This document shows, one piece after another, positions 11,087 to 21,231 of a stretch of 64,000 nucleotides of DNA. Position 1 is the first letter of the stretch, and every line of letters begins with the position of its first letter. This stretch comes from Neophaeotheca triangularis. Lineage: Eukaryota. The translations under genes and the position numbers were made by a program. The DNA lies in NCBI GenBank assembly GCA_054600435.1, contig BAAIJX010000016.1:248001-312000 (forward strand), read 5' to 3'. The notes below the pieces were generated by a model. That model made no database searches, had not been told where the DNA came from, and saw only the letters and a program-made list of their open reading frames with translations.

Positions 11087-12887
11087 TCAAACGTTCCCAT
11101 ACAGTAGATCATCCAGCTTCTGGCGTACCTCCGCCGGAAGAGGCCATCTGTGTTCCTCACAGAGTTGCAAAAAAGCATAGATAGCCGGCCCCCTGACAAA
11201 CCTCGGAGACCCAACCAAATACTCCAAAAACCGTTTCGGATCGTCCCTGAACTTCAACATCTTCTCTCGAGCAGCATTCACTAGTTCTTCGCTGCCCGCG
11301 GTAATGTGTGAAGGGCTTGAACGAGTCGACCCATACAGTTCGCACATGTGCTCTTTGCCCATCCGAATGTAGTGTTCGTACGTGTCCGCACCATCTTGCA
11401 TCGCGGCTTTGTGGGCAGCGGAACGCTTAAGCTTCGGCTTCGAGACTGGACGCTTGCCCATGAGGGAAGGCAGTGTTGGGTTGAACTTGCGGAAGAGGCG
11501 CCTGGCATCGCGGTAGCGGTCCCAGTCACCGTTCAGTCTCACCATGTTCATGTCTTGGAAGGCTATCTGGGGGTTGGAAGTTCCTATCAGTATCTCGTCG
11601 TATCTAATTCTTTAGGCCCCCTTCCTCCTGCTTACGTATTGCATCATTAGAGGTTCAGCCGTGTCGATGGCGGCATCGAGGAATTTACCGAGCGCAGCTT
11701 TGGCCGTCGCGAGGTTTTCGGGTTGTCGCAGAGCGTTTGCCACTACATCGGCATCCGGCATGCGCTTGTCGAAGCGACGTTGGAAGTCTTCGGTCATCAT
11801 AAAAACTGGGACTGTCGTCAGTGAAGCACAATTCGAAAATCGATGGGTGGCTTACAGTATCGCTCAGAAGAGGACACTTCCGGCCAGTGAGGTGGGGGTA
11901 CCCACTGCTCCAGGCGAGTGAGTGGCTTCGGGGTGCCAGGGGGAAGCTTTGCGTGCTTCTTTGCTTCATCGCGTGCAAGCTTGCGTGCCCTACCCTTGAG
12001 CGCACCGTTTGGCTTCACCTGGCAGGCGGCTTTGACGACTGCTTCGCAAGCCTCTTGGTAGCTTTTTGGCTGGGCCGGGACCTCATCCTTGTTGGTTGTT
12101 AATAGTAAATTCTTGGATTTCTGGAGGCAGCTAATACTCACCTCCTCATACCACAACCCTCTCTCTGGAACGAGCGCCTCTAGTGGGTGCATTGCAATGG
12201 AGTAAGCCTCTTCCCAGGGTCTTCCAGAGAAGCCAAGTTCATCATGTCTAGCAGCGACGAGGTCGAAGATGATCCTAAAGTCGGGTATCTCATGCGTGAA
12301 CCTGGCGCATTTGACGTAGTCTGTATCCATAATCTTTTGATGCCTGGCGGCTTTGTCGGGAATAGCCGCAGTGATTTCGGCAACTGTGGGCTGAGTTGGC
12401 CTCATCGATTCCAACGCGGCGATGTCAGGGTCTTGCCACTCAGCTGCCCAGGAAGGTTCGGAAGGTTCAAATCGATCAAAGGTTGTGGGTTGCCACTCTT
12501 TCTCTTCGGGGGTTTCCGCTTCCACCGCTGCTGGCTCGCCACACGAGTGCTTCATGCCACGATCCTGGAAGTACAGATCCCAACGCTGAAAGGTATGCTT
12601 GCTGCACTTCATCAAGTCGTCCATGTCGCGATTTAGATGGCGCACTTCCTCCAAGGCATCCAGGCTTCGCTTGCTCACGTCCTTGGCTGGAGTAAGGTTT
12701 AGCAAGGTACGTTCTTCATATTATACGGGTGAAGAATCAATGGCAGTTGCGAACCCTTCTCCAGCACTTTTTCGGTGTTCTCTAGGTGCGACTTAGCCTC
12801 AGCGAGGAAATCCTTTGCTTCCGGCACCTCAGGCTGCTCGTTCGCCTCAGGCTGTTGGCCTTTTTTCTGCTTGTTCTTTGGAGCCAT
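11087..12887 (-). CDS. Hypothetical 4-exon protein (orphan-like)
   Basis: ATG 12887 (MAPKNKQKKGQQ). Four consecutive minus-strand ORF segments are linked by introns at about 12688-12754, 11807-11855 and 11568-11635, with GTTCGC/GTAAGC donors and CAG acceptors. Stop at 11087. No family recognised. Confidence 0.6.
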
Positions 12888-13240
12888 GTTGGTAGTGATG
12901 TTCAAGTTGACGTGGTATTTCGATGTGGTAGTTTGCAGGGTGAGTGAGGTTGGAGTGTCGTGTTGCTGCGGCCTAAAACAACACCGACGCACGGGCCACT
13001 GTCAATGTTTTGGGAAGATGCGTGAGTATGCCACAGTAGGCGGTCGATGCCAAATCCTCTAGCAACGTGCTAGTTGAATGGGGATAAGAGAGTATAGAAG
13101 CAGCGCACAGTATTGTTTTCCTTGTGGCACGGCAAAAAAAGCGCCGTGTACCCCTGCGTGAAGATAGAGTGAATCTCAGGAGAACAACACCTCGAACAAT
13201 AACAAAGCAAGCCCCTGCGGTCAAAAAAGAAAAAAAGGAT

Positions 13241-13410
13241 AAAAAAAAACTCTCATTTCCTCGAAAGTACTGAGAGGAAACCCTACTTCACGCTGACACC
13301 CCTCGGGGCTGGGTTTTGAAGTGTGAACCTTTTAATCGTGGTAACCGGATCGAACCTGGGCAGCTAACCTTGAGGGAGCCTTTGACCGCTCAGCCTCGAA
13401 CCCTTACTCA
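13241..13410 (-). ncRNA. Candidate Pol III transcript: tRNA-type A/B box leader, structured body and oligo-T terminator
   Basis: Minus strand: A box AGGCTGAGCGG (13396-13386), B box GGTTCGATCC (13356-13347), several perfect complementary segments, then T9, T7 and T6 runs (13249-13223). Confidence 0.5.
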
Positions 13411-14734
13411 CTACTCATATTTTTTCAACTCGGTTAAAACGCTTTGGGGGATCGGCTTACAAATCTTGCTGCAAATGTCGAATATATTGTTGCAATTGAT
13501 TTTGGTCAGAATGTTGGCGCTGCAGGGGGTCAAGTGTAGGAGTGGTGTTTCGATGGTGGCGGAGGCTTGCGATGATTTCTGCATCCCGTCGTGAGATCCT
13601 CTTGTCTAAGGTGCACGTGGTGGTCATCATCGTATCGTCACGCTTTGGCTCTCGTTGTTGCTCGGGACCGACTCGCTCTCTAGCCACGAGGCCATGGGGA
13701 CCGGCTGATGGGCAGCATACAGACATGCAGGCTTCTCGAAGACATTGCGCTTTCTCGCCTTCGTAAAGTCCGGGTATCTTCAAGATTGCCTACCCCGACT
13801 TCACCCTTCCAGATTCGATGTGCTCCGTCAACACTGAGCGATGTCTGTCTGGGTTTGCCGGCACCGCAGTTGACAACTTGTCACTGCCCGTATCAGTTCG
13901 ATCTTACTTTTCCCGTTCTTTCTCAATGACATCCGATAATTGCGGGATCCCGGAGGAAGCGATCCCTACTTAACGACCACGCAATACTGCACCCTCTCAA
14001 TGCTTCAAAATTGATACCAGCACAGCTCCAGAAAGAATCATTGCCACAGCGAGCCCATTCCAAATCGCCACAAGGTCCAACAAGACCCAGTACCCAAGAA
14101 ACCCCAGAAACGCGACCCAAACGGCCAAAAAGCAACACCCGCCCACAACCCTCAGCCATCAAATAGCCAACACAAAGCCAAAGCTTCCATCGCCCGGACG
14201 CCCAAGCTAACCCAAACATACAACTTAACCCGCATTATCTCCATCGAGCAAACACATCTCGTACGAAAGCTCTCAAGGTCGTACCAAAAACGCCATCTGG
14301 CGTGCTCGCACGCGTGTGGCTTGCACTTGGTGGCAAAGCTTGCACGACCCTGCGTTGACCGCCTACGCTTCTGCGAGCTTTAGAGGGGAGTATGGGAGAA
14401 GATTTTAGCGTGTGGATGGGCTTAGGGTGTTCCTGTTGCGAAACGGACTGATCTAGACTTTCGATGTGGACGGTGAAAGAGCTGCGAGAAGTGTTTTTGG
14501 GATGTTGGGTGCTTTGATCGGGCGTTTTGCTCGGGTTTGGTGGGTATCGAGGTTGACCGCTCTGGCTCGAAGCGCGGGCTGAGGTCGAGCTGGCGGGTAT
14601 AAGAGAGAGAACCCGCACGTCTCTCAAGGTTGTCCAGCCCCTAGAAGCCACCCACTGCAATTCATCCTTCTAATAGACACTCCAGCTCTTCGTTCTCCCC
14701 CAGTATCGCAGAGTCCACCAGTCCTCAAGCAAAG

Positions 14735-15207
14735 ATGCTCTTCACCAAAACCCTCTCCCTCGTCTTCCTAGCCATTGTATCCATCCAAGGCCTACCAGGC
14801 AAGGACCCGAAGTCCACCGTGCTGGTCACCCGAGATGGCGAAGCCGCAACCCTCGCCGCAACCTCCTCAGGCAACCTACTAGGTACGAGACCCCTCTCGC
14901 ACCAACCCATCCTCCTTCAACCCCCGACTGCCAAACCTAACACCCTCCCCACCCAGCCCGCCAGTCCCCGGACGAAGTCGCCAAAGCTCTAGCCACTATC
15001 CTCACAGCCGCCGCTCCCAAAGACCTTATCGGCACCATTAGCGCAACCCTCAACGCGCAGCTCGCCACGCTCCTCGTCAACAACGATAATATCCCGCGAA
15101 CCGCGGATCTAATCGCCAGAACGCTCGGGCAGAGTCGCGTGTTTGCTGAGAGCGTGGCGATAATCATTACGGCGTTGAGAGCGGAGGAAGGGGGGAGCGG
15201 TTGTTAG
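14735..15207 (+). CDS. Small secreted protein (~132 aa), candidate effector
   Basis: Signal peptide MLFTKTLSLVFLAIVSIQG. Intron 14883-14956 (GTACGA...CCTAAC...CAG). Exon 2 reads ARQSPDEVAKALATILTAAAPKDLIGTISATLNAQLATLLVNNDNIPRTADLIARTLGQSRVFAESVAIIITALRAEEGGSGC*. TATA-like TATAAGAG ~137 nt upstream. Confidence 0.7.
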
Positions 15208-15619
15208 TGGGGGAGGGTAGGGGGGAGGACTCTTTTAGGATCTGCAGGGTGCATTGCTTTGATTTGCTTTGAATTGGTTCAGTATGATAACATTTGACTT
15301 GCAGGAATGACGGGGTCGAATGTCGTTGCTGTAGATCGATGAATATAGCGTCTCTTCGATGTAGTTGCGGGTTTGTCACCGCTAGAATGCCCCGAACGTC
15401 GTCGTATAAAAGTTGTGTCCTACTCGTAAGTCGTACCCGTAGCGCTGAGTTCTCCAGGGACCAAAAACTTGCAAGGAAGTAACAACGGCACCTCGTTGCG
15501 CAGCGCAAGTGCAGAGCGGCTCGAGACACCGCCATAAGATATCATCCGTCAATAGAAAGTAAGTATATGTCCAACTCACAGCGCAAGGTTTCCAAGCTCG
15601 GTGCCAAACAAAAAAAGAA

Positions 15620-15781
15620 GTCCACAGTAAATCCCCCAAATGGGTCTTCTAGCTGCCTATTCGATCCCGATCGAAACGCAGTTGGGTACATGACTTTGGG
15701 AATCTGGCGCAATGTCAGGAACCTCGCTGTTGTGTGGTGCCGATCTCTGTGGATTGATTCTTTTTCTTTTTCTTTTTTTTT
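15620..15781 (+). ncRNA. Candidate multi-stem structured RNA followed by oligo-T
   Basis: Closing stem GTCCACAG/CTGTGGAT encloses three hairpins with G-U pairs on the + strand; followed by T5, T5 and T9 runs. Confidence 0.35.
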
Positions 15782-16389
15782 GTATCGCTAATGGAGTAGT
15801 TTGCACTTGCCGGAAAAGTTTGCTTGATCCTGTGTTGACCGCGCGGCGTGGTTCGGAGTGTGGGGAAGGGTTATGGGCTTTCCGGTAACAGTTTCAGAGA
15901 GCTGATCATGAGGGGTTTTGCTAGTTGGTGCTTTGACCGGGCCTTGGACTAGAGTCGGGTAGGTATCGAATTTTACAGCACTGGCAGACGAGCAGAAGAG
16001 GAAGCGAAACCGCGCAGCTCCTCACATTTTCGAGCTTCCACAGGCGGGACTCTTCCAGAAGGCGTTCAGCTCCTTCGCAGGCTTCCTCAAGTGGAAAGGC
16101 ACGAATAGCTCGGTCCACGGCAGGAATGCAAGAATGGCCTTTGAAACGCACAATCCACCGAGTCCGGCATGCCTGCTTATAATAGGGCGCTCCTCGCTCC
16201 ATAGATCATCCATGGGACCGGGAAGGGCTAGCGAAAACGTCGCACGATATCGTGCTCTAAATTGTGTAATATACTGTATTCGTATAAGCCGTAAGAGCCC
16301 ACGGCTACAACAATCGCCTCCACACACATCCCGCGCTTCCGACAGCCACCTCCCTCGCTTCCCTCCCTCCCTTCCGCTTTCCAGACCGT

Positions 16390-18178
16390 CTACTGCGAAT
16401 AAACATCCAACCCTAACCCAACAGGAAAATACTCAGCCCCCGGCGTCCCCTTACAAACCCAAACCCCCGCACTCCCTCCCCTACAAGGAAAGACTCCGCA
16501 TCCATCACCCTGGATCTGCACCTCTCCATTCCCACCAACGCAATCCCACCAGACCTGCCCCGGCATCCCGCACTGCATGCGCTTAGCAGTAAACTCCTCG
16601 CCCAAATCCTCTCTCGGGCCAGTGGAAATGACAACAGCGCATCCGGGACGATCGTGAGTGCCGTGGCGAACCCAGCCAATGTGGGATTCGGCGTCTAGGT
16701 AGTCAGTTTGCGGGCCGTAGGCGAAGAGTTTGCGAGCGAGCATTAGGGAGGGGAGGACGGAGAATTGGGAGCCGGAGCGAGAGGTCTGGAGGCAGGCTGG
16801 CGGGGCGCCTTCGTCGCCGCAAGTGCCGTAGAGGTCGCCCCAGAAGACGCAGGGGTAGCCTTCTTGGCGCAGCAGGATGAAGGCATAGAAGAGGGTTTTG
16901 AGGTTTGCGTCGACGGGGGTGTCGGAGGCTTGGCCCGGTTGTGTGTCGTGATTGGTTACGAGGGTGACGGCTTGGGTTGGGCGGAGGGTGATGAGGGAGT
17001 TGCGGGTGATGGTGCGGAGGTCGGCATTAGGGGAGCCGTTGACGACGTCGGTGGAGATGCGGGAGAAGTTGTAGACGAGAGGTGTGTCATAGGCGAAGGG
17101 CGTGGGGCCGACTACGTCGAGCCATTTGGTGATGCGCTCAACTTCGCCGGACCAGACTTCGCCGACGATGAAGGCGGGGCGGCCTCGGCAGCGGTGTGAG
17201 GCTTCTTGGACGGCGGCGATCCAGTCGCGTGCGAATGTCCAGGAAAAGTGGGAGGCGGCGTCGAGGCGGAGACCGTCCACGCCGACGTGTTCGATCATCC
17301 AGCGACCCCATTGGATGACGTCGTGGCGGGCTTCTGGGTTGGCGTAGTCGATGTTGGAGAACATGAGGTAGTCGAAGTTGCCGTGCATGTCGTCGACGTC
17401 CGGGGCCCAGCCTTTACCGGGACGGTTGGTGACTGGCGGCGGGGAGGTGAATTTGTTCTTCATTTTAGACATGAAACGATCGAAGCGGTCACCGCCTTGT
17501 CCGGGTTTAGGATAGCTGGCCGGGTCGTCGATGAGTTTGAAGATGGCTTTGTCGCCTGTTTTCTGATCGTAGTCGGAGCCGTTGAAGTGACAAGCACGCC
17601 ATTGCAGAGGGCTGTATTGGCCCCCTCTGCCAGAGAAGTCGTATCTGATCCAAGGCTCGATTCGCTTTGGTGAGCAAGTCTCAACGTTGCGGTCTAATGG
17701 TTTAGCTTGCAAATCCTTACAATCATCCCATTGTGTATTGACAATTGCTCCACTCACCTCCCTGATCAACCTCCACAGCCCAACACTCCTCGGTGGTATC
17801 ACCCGCAGTCTTGTGATTCAACACAGCATCCCAAACAACCTCCACCCCAGTCCTCTTCGCACAGCCAATCAAATCGCCCAGCTCTTCCCGGCTCCCCCAC
17901 TTCGTCGCTCGCTGGAATTTCTGATCAAACTCGCCCAAGTCCCAAAGATCATAGCAGTCGTAACCGTTACCCGCCCCGGAAGGTTCGTTGGCTTTGCAAC
18001 CCGGCGGGAGCCAGATGGCAGTTGTCCCCAATCCTGCGAGCGAGGGGAGGATGCGCTGTAGACGGGACCAGTGGGAATTGTGGTTGTGAGTCTCGCCGCC
18101 CTCGGGACGTTCGGATTGCGTGTGCCATTCGAAGGATTGGAAGAGGGTGCGGTTCTGGGGAGTCGGTGGGTAGGCCAT
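16390..18178 (-). CDS. Intracellular alpha-amylase, GH13 subfamily 5
   Basis: TLFQSFEW, GNGYDCYDLWDLGEFDQK, DAVLNHK, catalytic regions DGLRLDAASH, VGEVW and VTNHDTQPGQ. Intron 17694-17757. No signal peptide. Confidence 0.9.
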
Positions 18179-18700
18179 GACGGCGGTGCGGTCTATATGG
18201 GCGGTAGTGAGAGTTTGCGGCTTGAGTGGGGCTGGAATGATGAAGACGGTGAGGAGGGTTGTCTGTGAGATGGAGTGAAGTCTTTTACCGTTCTATGTAT
18301 GTGATGTCCTGTAGTTTATACACAGCTACAGTCTACCATTCAACTATGCTATGCTGGCTGCAATGCAGTGGCCATGCATCTTCACAAAACTAGACGACTG
18401 AAGTCTGCTTTAGATTGGCGAGACCCACTTAAAGGCGAGGTTCACCCTTGACAATAATGACACGTCGCACGCGTAGGTCTGGGCGAGGTTGCGGAGACAC
18501 AAGGTGCTGTAAACGTTCTTCTGTTGTGTTGATCGAGCATAGAACCAGGCCAGCTTCAAGTTACAACAGATAAGGTGTGAGGTGTTGTCCCGTCGACGAA
18601 GGAGGAGGATAGTGAAGAAGTGTAGGTACTATGTACATAGCTAGGTAACCAATCAGACGAAAGGACGGCGCCATAACCGAGACCGGCTCATCGTTTTTCG

Positions 18701-18745
18701 CTTATCGCTTATCGCATGTGTCGCTTATCTTATCGCCGACCTATC
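18701..18745. promoter_or_regulatory. Cluster of GATA-factor sites (4x CTTATC plus CTATC)
   Basis: CTTATC at 18701, 18708, 18724 and 18729 in the divergent region between the amylase and the 19247 ORF. Confidence 0.4.
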
Positions 18746-19246
18746 CATCCCGTCGTCAACCGAAACCGAGCCGCTAGCACGAGCATGCAGGTGAGGTGAG
18801 GCGAGGTGACTCCCTCGCGACTTCTCGGAACAGAGCAAAGACCTCATCCGGTGACTCTTACGCCTATCAACCCAACTTTGACCTTCCAAGGAAAGCAAAC
18901 CATTCCAGTCACGATACCTCAGCGGCCGTTTGCGAAATCGGCCATGGCACTCCATCCAGCTGACAACGTCTATCATGGTGTGATGCCCAACGGACACTCT
19001 GTCGCCATCGATATGAGTCTTGAAACCCAAAAACCCATTCGTATAGAAGTATATCTAGACATGTCCACCCTTGAGCTCTGCAAGTAGGCAGTCAATCAGA
19101 GAAAAAAAAACACCACCAACCCACCAATTCAAACAAAGATAAATTCGAGCAATTCGAGCACTTCTGAACTCCACAAACACTTCGCCACCGCCAGCAATTC
19201 ATCTCTCCTCTTCTCCCCCTTACTCCCAGACCAAACCAGAACAAAA

Positions 19247-19576
19247 ATGGGCCACAAACACAACCGCAAACGCGTCCGTCACCGCCCTCAACCCCACCAA
19301 CAACAGCGCCACTCCACCACCACAAACCCCCAAATCCTTAACGATAGAGAACCAACACCCGTGGCCGCGTTCCCACTCGCCACCGAAAGTTTTCCACACC
19401 GGGTCCCCGTTTTCCCGAATCCGAGAATCAGAGACGTCCGGGCTTTCGAGACCTGGCTGTTCGGTGGTGTGAATGATGCCGGAGAAAAGGTGGAAGAGGG
19501 TTCCGAGGTGGATCTTAGGGGTCCAATGCTTGAGGTTGTTTGGGGGCTTTGGAGGGGGCTGGATTATGTGGATTAG
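19247..19576 (+). CDS. Small basic hypothetical protein (109 aa)
   Basis: ATG in a good context (AAAAATGG). Basic N-terminus MGHKHNRKRVRHRP and a C-terminal motif GPMLEVVWGLWRGLDY. Confidence 0.5.
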   Translation: MGHKHNRKRVRHRPQPHQQQRHSTTTNPQILNDREPTPVAAFPLATESFPHRVPVFPNPRIRDVRAFETWLFGGVNDAGEKVEEGSEVDLRGPMLEVVWGLWRGLDYVD

Positions 19577-19913
19577 CCTTTGCTTCATCCTTTTTTTTTT
19601 TGTTCTTTTCGGCAGGGTTTATGGTGATTTGGAGATCCTGGCTAGTGATGTCGGTTTGTGGAACAATGGATCTGGGGTTGTTTTGAGATTGAAGGGAGTT
19701 GTTTTAAGATTGGTTGGGGATGGTATTAAGGCGGGAAAGGGGTTAAACGGAATTTGTTTCGAGGACTGGGTGAAAGAGCGGTAATGTCGAGTCCTTTGGG
19801 GTCAGATCTGGACGCATGACGAAGTGAATGAGACGGCGTTATGCACTCTTTGATCCTCTTCTTTTGTACAACAGGTATCTAGATATACACACATCCTCAA
19901 AGTCGCTCCCACT

Positions 19914-20945
19914 CTACCGCTTAACCCAAGTCGGCATCTTCCTAGCCTTGACCCTACCAGGCTTCTTCCTCTCCACGCGCCTCGGATCCCTAGTAACCGT
20001 GCCCGCCCTTCTCAACGCCGGCTTCAACGCAGGCTCATGCGCCAAAAGCGCCTTTGCAACCCCCAAAGTAATCGCATCCGCTTGTCCGGTAAGCCCGCCT
20101 CCCTGCGCCACGGCCCAGACATTATACTTATCGAGCCGCTGCGTCGCTTTCAAAGCCCAAACGGCACTCTCCCGATCGTGCAAACGGCCAAAATACTCCG
20201 ACAAGCTGCGGCCATTGACAATACACTCTCCCTCGCCTTCGACCAGGTAAACGATGGCGGAGCTGGCTTTTCGCCGACCCATAGCGCGCGCTCTTCCGTA
20301 TTCATCTACTACGATGGGTTTGGGGATGTTGAGCGAGGGCTGCACGTCGCGTTTGTAGCGGCGCAGCGTCTGGGTGACTTCTTGCGGGATCAACGAGGGG
20401 TGAATGTAGTTGAGGCGTTTGAGAAGTTCAAGGAGTCGGTTGTAGCGAGCGGCTTTGACGGGCTCGCCCACTTCGGCTTTGTATTGTTGGTAGGTTTTCC
20501 AGGCGACGCGGGGGGCTTGACCCGTGGGGAGGAGGGGGAGAAGTTGGTGTCTGCGGAGCAAGGAGGAGAGGTGCAGTAAGTCGTCGGTGTAGGTTGGTGT
20601 TGCGGTGAAGTAGGAAGGCGAGGCGGGGACGATGCGGATCGAGTCGAGGAGTTTTCGTTGCTCTAAAGCGCGTTGCTTTTCTTCGGAGTCGAATTCATCG
20701 GCGTCTTCGTCTCGGGGGGAGAAGCGCCGATTCGGATCACGGTTACGGGATCGGTCTTGACCGCGAGCGAATTGGTTGCGGTTGCGGGTGAAGTTTATGG
20801 GGGCGGCGGGTTTGATGTCGTCGTTGGAGGTGGATGTGGGTGTGGCATAGTGTCGGCGGTGGGGGAAAACGGCACGTCTTCGTGCTGGAGCATGGCAGGC
20901 TGCTATGGCTCGTTTGAAGCCCGGACGGAGGAGAGAGGCGTCCAT
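19914..20945 (-). CDS. MRPS9: Mitochondrial small-subunit ribosomal protein uS9m
   Basis: Arg-rich presequence; GRRKASSA, GGGLTGQADAI, TRDPRRVERKKPG...ARKMPTWVKR. Confidence 0.95.
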   Translation of the reverse strand: MDASLLRPGFKRAIAACHAPARRRAVFPHRRHYATPTSTSNDDIKPAAPINFTRNRNQFARGQDRSRNRDPNRRFSPRDEDADEFDSEEKQRALEQRKLLDSIRIVPASPSYFTATPTYTDDLLHLSSLLRRHQLLPLLPTGQAPRVAWKTYQQYKAEVGEPVKAARYNRLLELLKRLNYIHPSLIPQEVTQTLRRYKRDVQPSLNIPKPIVVDEYGRARAMGRRKASSAIVYLVEGEGECIVNGRSLSEYFGRLHDRESAVWALKATQRLDKYNVWAVAQGGGLTGQADAITLGVAKALLAHEPALKPALRRAGTVTRDPRRVERKKPGRVKARKMPTWVKR

Positions 20946-21231
20946 TCTGCCAGCGTACCTCGGAATATGCTATAGTAGGGCGTAGAAGGTGGTAGTAGAT
21001 GGAGGCTTGAGGTTGTCGATGCGGCTCGGCTTTGCGCCAAGCCCGCTTAACGCTAACTGGCCGTGCTCACTGCTGGCGCAAAAACTTCGAAACAGCTGCG
21101 CACCCTTCAAGTTCATCCACAACTCAACTTCACCACCAACATCTTCTCAATCACCTCTCCTCTTCCTTTCTATATACCCGCCAAAGAAGGCACACTGCAT
21201 CTCGACCACACCACCGACACTACCACCCAGC

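Noticed and set aside
13270..13320. Plus-strand CTGAGA..ACCC..TCAC.CTGA resembling a TPP riboswitch or hammerhead core
   Set aside because: No upstream GGG for P2, no GCG..AGGGA, no thiamine gene nearby; the hammerhead CUGANGA core is not satisfied.
13340..13403. Functional tRNA gene
   Set aside because: A and B boxes are present but the acceptor, anticodon and T stems do not pair.
16411..16419. CCCTAACCC telomere or telomerase-template-like motif (also at 39124)
   Set aside because: Single copies inside C-rich coding sequence.
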